Shown here: piece after piece, positions 57,531 to 64,000 of the stretch
Layout: every line of letters starts with the position of its first letter
Numbering within the stretch: the first letter of the stretch is position 1
Sequence record: PQ303785.1
Strand: one strand, 5' to 3'
DNA from: Escherichia phage LYE-01
Length of the DNA: 64,000 bases
The notes under the pieces: generated by a model
Seen by the model: only the letters and a program-made list of their open reading frames with translations
The model's database searches: none
Told to the model about the DNA's origin: nothing
Position numbers and translations under genes: made by a program

Positions 57531-58496
57531 TTATATTGCTCCTAATATTTTACTTTGCGAATTGACAATTCCTGTCATAGTATTAATGTTTGAAATGCTT
57601 CCTGCAGTTCCTCCTAATCTACTAAGTCGTGAAAGCGAATTAGATAGTCCAGTAACACCTCCACTATTTCCGAGAACGCTTTGAATACCGTTTATAGCAG
57701 CAGATTCAAGCCATTCAAGAGCAGCTTGTCTATCAACCGCTCCAGCCTGCATGACTCTATACGCAAAAGTAACATCAAATGTAGTTATTTGGTTATCTCC
57801 ATCGTATGATAACTCAGGAGCGCTCACTGACACTGGAATGCATCCAGTGAACATCACCGCAGTATGAGGCAATCCATTGCGAGCATGAAGATTAACTTGA
57901 ATATCTGCTTCAACATCTTGTGGTAAAGCACGTAATCCAGTTACTGGGTCTTGAACAGCGTTAACCCAGTCTTGCATCGCACGATAATTACACGACTCTG
58001 AATCCATTCTAAATGAAATAACCAAAGGGTCTAATTCTCTTCCGGTTATGCGAATATTAGGAGAATTATAGTTCCAGTCAGTTTCATAGGATAATCTATT
58101 CTCTGGCATTTTTACGGAGTATATCATCAATCCAGATGAGTTATATGCCATGTTAAAGAAGTCAATTAAATATGTACCAACTGTAAATGAGCCTAATAAA
58201 CTTTGAACTGTACGTTGACTCATGGCACCAATAAGATATTTACTAACCCCTGATTTTCTTATCAGTTTTTGTGTGCCAGCAGTAATTAGCGTAGTAATTC
58301 CCTGATTAATATCGCCTTGAGTTAATCCTAACCAATCTGAATTTAGGCCCAAGTTATTATAAGAAAAGTTGCTAATTGAACTTATCAACGAAGAGCTTTT
58401 AGTTGATGGAGTTGTCGCAAAAACGCAGCTAAACATATTATTACGTTGGAAATCTGCGTTTATTGCTTGATTATTAAATTCCTCTAAAGAATACAT
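57531..58496 (-). CDS. 54: baseplate tail-tube initiator gp54
   Basis: 321 aa; synteny in baseplate operon. Confidence 0.8.
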   Translation of the reverse strand: MYSLEEFNNQAINADFQRNNMFSCVFATTPSTKSSSLISSISNFSYNNLGLNSDWLGLTQGDINQGITTLITAGTQKLIRKSGVSKYLIGAMSQRTVQSLLGSFTVGTYLIDFFNMAYNSSGLMIYSVKMPENRLSYETDWNYNSPNIRITGRELDPLVISFRMDSESCNYRAMQDWVNAVQDPVTGLRALPQDVEADIQVNLHARNGLPHTAVMFTGCIPVSVSAPELSYDGDNQITTFDVTFAYRVMQAGAVDRQAALEWLESAAINGIQSVLGNSGGVTGLSNSLSRLSRLGGTAGSISNINTMTGIVNSQSKILGAI

Positions 58497-59590
58497 TAAA
58501 AAGTCCCCGCATATAAAGAAGCACGGTTTAACGTGATAATTTCTCTCATAGTAATCTCAAGAGTAAATGTACTAGGGAGGTTTGGAGCAATAGCTAATCC
58601 GTTAAAGTTACCATTAGGTGTTTTATCAAATCTGATGCTCTGTATTTGGCATGGGCCAAATATTTCCGTTTTTCCATCAAACTTAGATGTTGCACCAAAG
58701 TTTTTCACCATCCAAATTGTCGGGTTTGAAACTACTAGAACGTTAGTTAAACTCGATGTCATTTTCTCAAATAGTGTTTTATTTTTAGCTGCGTCTTCCG
58801 GAGATAAAGGTTCAATTAACGTAGAACGATACCAATCATCTAAATACCCCTTTATTTCAGCAGCATATTGAGATTTGCCCGTTTCACCATAAGAAAAATA
58901 GTTAAAATATTGATAGATATTAATAATAGCCATTAAATCTTCTGTGGAACGTGGAGTCAAATCCCATGTAAACACTTTAGTTCTATTTTCAGCGCCGCCA
59001 TACATACTTCTGGCTGTCGTATAAATCTGTTCATTATTATCAGCCATTATACCTTGTGTTATACTTTCCAGTGCTCCAAATACTGCAGTTGAAGCAATAT
59101 TACTTAGCACACCAGTAGCAGTACCTCCGCCTCTGCTGATAAGACTTTCTTGAACATCATTAAATCTATGTGATGATGTATCAACATCGGATTTAGATCT
59201 TGGTAAAAGAATATTTGCAACAGGGGCTTTACTTATTGTTCCTGAATTATTATCTGATATTAATCCATTTGACAGTTTTGATACTGTATTACTGATAGTG
59301 TTTCTGGCTGTACGTAAAATACTCGAAGATGAAGAAGAGTAGTTAGATCTCATCGATCTAAGACTTCCAGAATCCCTAGATGACATATTGTACGCAGTAA
59401 ATAATAATCCATTCTTATATAGATCTGTTACCTGGAAGTCCCCTGTAGTGTCATTACCACTAGCACGCCCAGTTGGAAACTGGGCAGTGTATGTTTTAGT
59501 TGCTACTTCTGATTTAGTACTCTGTCCGGCTGAAATTTTCTCACCGGACTTTTTAATTAAATCAGCAGTTATTTCTTTAACAATTGCCAT
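58496..59590 (-). CDS. 48: baseplate tail-tube cap gp48
   Basis: 364 aa; synteny. Confidence 0.8.
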   Translation of the reverse strand: MAIVKEITADLIKKSGEKISAGQSTKSEVATKTYTAQFPTGRASGNDTTGDFQVTDLYKNGLLFTAYNMSSRDSGSLRSMRSNYSSSSSSILRTARNTISNTVSKLSNGLISDNNSGTISKAPVANILLPRSKSDVDTSSHRFNDVQESLISRGGGTATGVLSNIASTAVFGALESITQGIMADNNEQIYTTARSMYGGAENRTKVFTWDLTPRSTEDLMAIINIYQYFNYFSYGETGKSQYAAEIKGYLDDWYRSTLIEPLSPEDAAKNKTLFEKMTSSLTNVLVVSNPTIWMVKNFGATSKFDGKTEIFGPCQIQSIRFDKTPNGNFNGLAIAPNLPSTFTLEITMREIITLNRASLYAGTF

Positions 59591-59598
59591 ATTATTCC

Positions 59599-61371
59599 TT
59601 AATTAACTCCAGTCGCATCAAATACACCAGGAGCAGTCGTGCTCGTAACAGGTGTCATATTATGAACGACAGTATTTTTCTTAATAACATTATTAGTATT
59701 ATTGATCGAAGGAGATACTTGTTGAACAGGAGCTTGCTGTGCTTTGTTCTTTTCAATAACCTGGACTTGTTTTGCTTCTGGCGATTTAGCAGAAGTTTCA
59801 GGCTTGGCGTTAGGCTGATTTTTCTTAAGCTCTTGATAAGTAGCATCAATTTTAGAAAATCTAGCAGCAAGTTCTTTTTTAACTGCCGGTGAATTATTTA
59901 AATCCGGGTCATCCATCCGTTTTTTAAGGTCTTCATAGGCAGCTTCAACTGATTTAACTGTTGAGTCTTTACTCATATCAGCTGAATCGGCATATTGATC
60001 AAAACGATTCATAGCAGCACGAGCTTCATTAGCTTTCATTAAAGCAATTTTAGCTTCCTCCGGAGAAAGTTGCTTTAATTTTTCTTCTTCCTCTGCCCTC
60101 TCTTCATCAGTCGTTAGTGCTTCTTTATTATCAACACCACGAATCCAGTTAGATGCACGAGTTTTCCAGTTCGCAATTTTGTCTAGTCCTTTTGCTATCG
60201 GACCAAGTTCTCCATTCATTCTTTTATATTGATAGTTTGCAACTTTTTCTTGGTCTTCTTTGTTAAGAGAAGCATTTGTAGTATTTTGGAAATTTTCTAG
60301 TGCTCTTCCTTCTACTTCATCAGCGGTATCCTTCATGCCAGGAATGACTCGAAGAATTGCAGCAGATAATTTAGCCATACCTAATTGAATAAGCTCTCCT
60401 AAATTAAAAAGAACCTTTCCAAGCCCTTCTACAATAGCTACAGTCAAACCACCCCAGTCTCCCGCTTCCCAGAATTTTTTAATTTCATCGATAGAACTAA
60501 AGATGCTTTGTAATAAAGGACCCCATGTTCCGGTTTCGCTAGAGAATTTAGTAAAGTCTGTACTAAACAAATCCCAAGCCTGTGAAAATTTATCTGACCA
60601 ATATTTGAAATGAACCATCAACAGGTCTATTCCGACAACAACAGCCAATATCATTGCTGTCATTTTAGCAGCTTCAATAGCAGCACTGACGGTATACTTA
60701 AATAGCATGCTTGATATTTTATCAGTAATTGAAATAGATTTCTTAAATCCGAAATCAACAGTCTTTGTTAATTTATCTAAAGCTTGAGATAATTTTAAGT
60801 TAAATGCGTCTTTTTTCTGTTTTTCTTCTGGCGATTCTTGTTTGGGCTCAACTGGCTGAGGGGTAGGGAAAAAATCAGCATCAGGATCATTATTAACTGC
60901 TTCAGGAGCCGGTAATAAAGGACCCACAGATTCAGCTGTATCATCCTCAACAACTTTAACAGGAATAGCGCTTTCAACCGTGGCTAAACTAGTTCCCGTC
61001 TGTTGAATTCCAGCTGTCTGAATTTTTTGCTCTAGTAAACTTGTTAATTTATCTAATTTGCTCCCGAGCGATTCACCAATTTCTTTATTAATATTGTTGC
61101 CAATTTCGACAGTTTCAGCAATTAATTCAGAACCGGCAGTAGTATCACTCACTGCGCTTTCTACATTATCAATTGCTCCAATTATTTCATTTGATTTTTC
61201 TTCGACCGTTTGAGCAATTAATTCAGAAGCAGCTTGAGCATCATCCAATTTCGTAGATATATCGTTAAGTCCAGATAAAGTGTTAGAAGCGGATTTAGCC
61301 GCTTCCTGTGTTGGTTTATTATCTGAAATAACTTTTCTACGCATCGTTTGCATTTCTTGTGGCTTTTTCAT
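59599..61371 (-). CDS. 29: tail-length tape measure / baseplate hub gp29
   Basis: 590 aa; long helical acidic regions; synteny. Confidence 0.8.
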   Translation of the reverse strand: MKKPQEMQTMRRKVISDNKPTQEAAKSASNTLSGLNDISTKLDDAQAASELIAQTVEEKSNEIIGAIDNVESAVSDTTAGSELIAETVEIGNNINKEIGESLGSKLDKLTSLLEQKIQTAGIQQTGTSLATVESAIPVKVVEDDTAESVGPLLPAPEAVNNDPDADFFPTPQPVEPKQESPEEKQKKDAFNLKLSQALDKLTKTVDFGFKKSISITDKISSMLFKYTVSAAIEAAKMTAMILAVVVGIDLLMVHFKYWSDKFSQAWDLFSTDFTKFSSETGTWGPLLQSIFSSIDEIKKFWEAGDWGGLTVAIVEGLGKVLFNLGELIQLGMAKLSAAILRVIPGMKDTADEVEGRALENFQNTTNASLNKEDQEKVANYQYKRMNGELGPIAKGLDKIANWKTRASNWIRGVDNKEALTTDEERAEEEEKLKQLSPEEAKIALMKANEARAAMNRFDQYADSADMSKDSTVKSVEAAYEDLKKRMDDPDLNNSPAVKKELAARFSKIDATYQELKKNQPNAKPETSAKSPEAKQVQVIEKNKAQQAPVQQVSPSINNTNNVIKKNTVVHNMTPVTSTTAPGVFDATGVN

Positions 61372-61901
61372 TCAAATAATCCAATAATATTGCCAATTCC
61401 GGTTATTGGACCATTAGGGCCAGGAATTGCTAAAGTTGTAAAAATGTCATTTGCCCATTTTAAAACGAATGCTGGCATCTCAAGAAAATTAATTTCTTTA
61501 ACTTCATCATTGACCTTAAGCAAGCACTTGGATAACATATCGCTCACAGTTAAAAATTGTTCAAATTTTCCAGGCGGTCTAAAATAAAATGTATTTCCTT
61601 GGTATTGAAATTCCAATCTTTGGCATACATAAACATCATTAATGTCATAAGTATAACCATCTATTTCTTTACGAGATTTAATCTTTCCATTAAATTCCAA
61701 TAAATGAATAGAAACGAAATCAACTTCTGCCGGTGATAAATTCGGACAAATAGAATCAATAAGAAGTTTTAAATTTTCATCAGGACCTTTAACATCTTTT
61801 AAAATGTTATAATGTTTAAGACCCATTTTAGGAATAGAAACTTCTTTATTGCTTATTGGAAGAACTACTTTCTTCAGTGGTAGTATCAGATTTAAATTCA
61901 T
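61368..61901 (-). CDS. 28: baseplate hub distal subunit gp28
   Basis: 177 aa; synteny. Confidence 0.75.
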   Translation of the reverse strand: MNLNLILPLKKVVLPISNKEVSIPKMGLKHYNILKDVKGPDENLKLLIDSICPNLSPAEVDFVSIHLLEFNGKIKSRKEIDGYTYDINDVYVCQRLEFQYQGNTFYFRPPGKFEQFLTVSDMLSKCLLKVNDEVKEINFLEMPAFVLKWANDIFTTLAIPGPNGPITGIGNIIGLFE

Positions 61902-63021
61902 TTTTAACCTTAACTGGGTCTATTGTTTCCAGTTTCGTTGCATTAGTGAACATATATAGATGAGTTACTGAATTATTATTGGATAATTCATGAATAACTT
62001 CATCAACGTAAAATTCTGTTTTAAATTGGTTTTTACTATCATTAAAAATAATTTTAACGCCAGGAGTCAAGTTAAAATTACCGACAGTAGAACATTTAGC
62101 ATAGCCATCGTATTGCGCCATAGTTTGAAGACGAATAGCTTCTTCATATCCATTCCTATAAGTCATTTCAGAATAAGCACCTGACCTTGACACTACAATA
62201 GAGTTTTCGCCCTTTCCTGTAGTAATCATTGGCAATGAAGAATCTAAAAATGAATGAGCATAGATAGTAGCGTTTTTCATTGGGTTACGTTTGTGAGGAT
62301 TCGATTTAGTCAACCAAACGAAATCATATGCCAATGGATATTTTAATTCTTGGATGAATTGACCTATTAAAGATGGCTCACCGACAATCATTGGATACGG
62401 TTCTTGATTTATCATCATATCATAGTCCATCATGTTAACTCCCATGATGTCTTGCCATACAAATACAAATTTGTCACTTCCTACAGCTAGAGCAACTTCT
62501 CTGACATACGACAAATAGTTTTCAAATGTACTAGTCCACGGAATATCAGGAACATAAGCATTTATAGCATTTATTGCTGGAGTCAATAGCGTACGGTCTT
62601 GATAAATGACGCCAAGCATTTCCTTTATAGATTCACCTGCATCAGGAAAAAACGGTCTGCCAAATTTAAGATTTTCTATAGAATGAATAGTTCCCAATTC
62701 AATAGCAATGATGTTATCACCTTTTGAATCTACTGACACGGAAAAATGCTTACATCCATAAATTCTTGTTTTAACATTATTAATATCGTTTGCATTAGCT
62801 ACAGAAATCTGAATTATTTCATTTCCATCCATTTTTGTATGGATGTTTTTAGAATCATAAAACTGCAGCATTCCTTCATTTCGGCCATAAAGAGAATCCC
62901 GCATAGTTAATGTGGTAATAGTAGCAGCTAATTCAACAAATCTATTATTACTCCAAGCGTCGTAGCTATCAAATAATTTAACGCTGAGATTTGGATATCC
63001 TGGGCGTTGCAACATACTCAT
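61846..63021 (-). CDS. 27: baseplate hub subunit gp27
   Basis: 391 aa; overlaps gene 28 start. Confidence 0.8.
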   Translation of the reverse strand: MSMLQRPGYPNLSVKLFDSYDAWSNNRFVELAATITTLTMRDSLYGRNEGMLQFYDSKNIHTKMDGNEIIQISVANANDINNVKTRIYGCKHFSVSVDSKGDNIIAIELGTIHSIENLKFGRPFFPDAGESIKEMLGVIYQDRTLLTPAINAINAYVPDIPWTSTFENYLSYVREVALAVGSDKFVFVWQDIMGVNMMDYDMMINQEPYPMIVGEPSLIGQFIQELKYPLAYDFVWLTKSNPHKRNPMKNATIYAHSFLDSSLPMITTGKGENSIVVSRSGAYSEMTYRNGYEEAIRLQTMAQYDGYAKCSTVGNFNLTPGVKIIFNDSKNQFKTEFYVDEVIHELSNNNSVTHLYMFTNATKLETIDPVKVKNEFKSDTTTEESSSSNKQ

Positions 63022-63770
63022 TATTGTTTATCCTTCTCAATCAGTTTTAATACGAATCCGCGCTCGGCAGGAATCATTTTCATTATTGAATTTAAGCTAT
63101 AATTACTTTTTACGAGTGTGTGATTAATTTGATAAAAAGTAAATATTTCATCTGGGTTAACTAATAGCTTAAACACATCTACTATATCAGTGTATTTTTT
63201 TACATACTTATCACAGCAGGACATATGTAGCGTTAAATTAATAGGATTCAATGCATCGAGAATTTTTTCTAATGTTTCTATCTCGATGGCATCAACAAGT
63301 TCTATTTGACTTGATTCACTAATTTCCTTCCAATCATACCATGTTTCATCTACTTGAACAGAATGAATATTTTCAGTAATCATCTTTGCTTTATTTTCAT
63401 AAAACTCAGAAGGAAACTTTAATTTAATTTTAACATTAGCTACATCGAAAACAGGTTCCTTTAATTCTTTTTGATATATTTCAAATGGAACTGTCTTTTC
63501 TTTTTTACATTTTGGACATACAAATGTGACCGGTACTTTAGTTTTACCTATTGATCCTACAAATACCTGCAAAAATATAAATGGTTGCCAAGTCTTCGGA
63601 TAGTCTCCAAAATAATCGGCAATTAAATCAGCAATTATTTCTTTTTGTTCTTGTGGTGACCGATGTTCTATATCGTTTCGAACTAACAAAAAATCTCGAT
63701 AATCTTCTACCGTAAATGGTTTAAAACGATGAACACCATCTGGTAATTTACAACGAATAATGTTTGCCAT
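63021..63770 (-). CDS. 51: baseplate hub assembly catalyst gp51
   Basis: 249 aa; Cys pairs (CPKCKK); late promoter upstream. Confidence 0.8.
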   Translation of the reverse strand: MANIIRCKLPDGVHRFKPFTVEDYRDFLLVRNDIEHRSPQEQKEIIADLIADYFGDYPKTWQPFIFLQVFVGSIGKTKVPVTFVCPKCKKEKTVPFEIYQKELKEPVFDVANVKIKLKFPSEFYENKAKMITENIHSVQVDETWYDWKEISESSQIELVDAIEIETLEKILDALNPINLTLHMSCCDKYVKKYTDIVDVFKLLVNPDEIFTFYQINHTLVKSNYSLNSIMKMIPAERGFVLKLIEKDKQ

Positions 63771-63787
63771 AGATGCTCCTTTTATTC

Positions 63788-63795
63788 TATTTATA
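63788..63795 (-). promoter_or_regulatory. late promoter (TATAAATA on - strand) for gene 51 operon
   Basis: + strand TATTTATA; overlaps the gene 26 promoter by 4 bp. Confidence 0.6.
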
Positions 63796-63799
63796 AATA
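63792..63799 (+). promoter_or_regulatory. late promoter (TATAAATA) for gene 26
   Basis: Exact TATAAATA about 22 nt before ATG 63821. Confidence 0.65.
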
Positions 63800-63820
63800 T
63801 GATAAATAAAGGAGCTAAAT

Positions 63821-64000
63821 ATGTATGAATACAAATTTGACGTGAGAGTTGGTTCTAAAATAATCAACTGTCGCGCATTTACTCTTAAAGAATATCTAGA
63901 ACTTATTACTGCTAAAAAGAACGGTTCAGTCGAAGAAATTGTTAAAAAGCTAATTAAAGACTGTACAAATGCAAAAGATTTAAACCGTCAAGAATCAGAA
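63821..64000 (+). CDS. 26: baseplate hub subunit gp26, N-terminal part (continues past window)
   Basis: ATG 63821 after AAGGAG; [20 protein letters not shown]; late promoter upstream. Confidence 0.7.
   Translation, partial: MYEYKFDVRVGSKIINCRAFTLKEYLELITAKKNGSVEEIVKKLIKDCTNAKDLNRQESE

Overview
This window reads as one contiguous segment of a T4-like (T-even, Tequatrovirus-type) myovirus genome, oriented so that early genes are on the + strand. All gene calls rest on the supplied ORF track, motifs and my recollection of T4-family proteins and gene order; no database search or RNA folding was run. Gene order is: dda (3' part) - dexA - motB - gene 39 - rIIA - rIIB - denB - ndd - stp - ac - gene 52 - motA - arn - asiA (+), then the late lysis and long-tail-fiber block t - 38 - 37 - 36 - 35 - 34 (-), then rnh - dsbA - 33 - 59 - 32 - frd - td - nrdA - nrdB - denA - 63(rnlA) - alc - spanins - pseT - cd - 31 - rIII - 30.9..30.1 - 30 - alt - alt paralog (+), then baseplate genes 54 - 48 - 29 - 28 - 27 - 51 (-) and the start of gene 26 (+). 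I found no rRNA, tRNA, CRISPR array, integrase or transposase. Regulatory signals follow the T4 pattern: early promoters (GTTTAC, ~18 bp, TATAAT-like), late promoters (TATAAATA), candidate MotA-box middle promoters, and GC hairpin terminators with UUCG loops. I did not find an obviously undescribed multi-gene system. The most notable points are a tandem pair of Alt-type ADP-ribosyltransferase genes, a T2-type adhesin and tail-fibre tip, an uninterrupted gene 39 with no gene 60 bypass, intron-free td and nrdB with an extra ORF between frd and td, several genes below the ORF-track size cut-off (stp, ac, a zinc-ribbon ORF, a cluster of hydrophobic micro-ORFs), a possible NADAR-like protein next to a HAD-like hydrolase, and a duplicated promoter-leader cassette. 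Small-feature coordinates were counted by hand and may be off by 1-2 nt.
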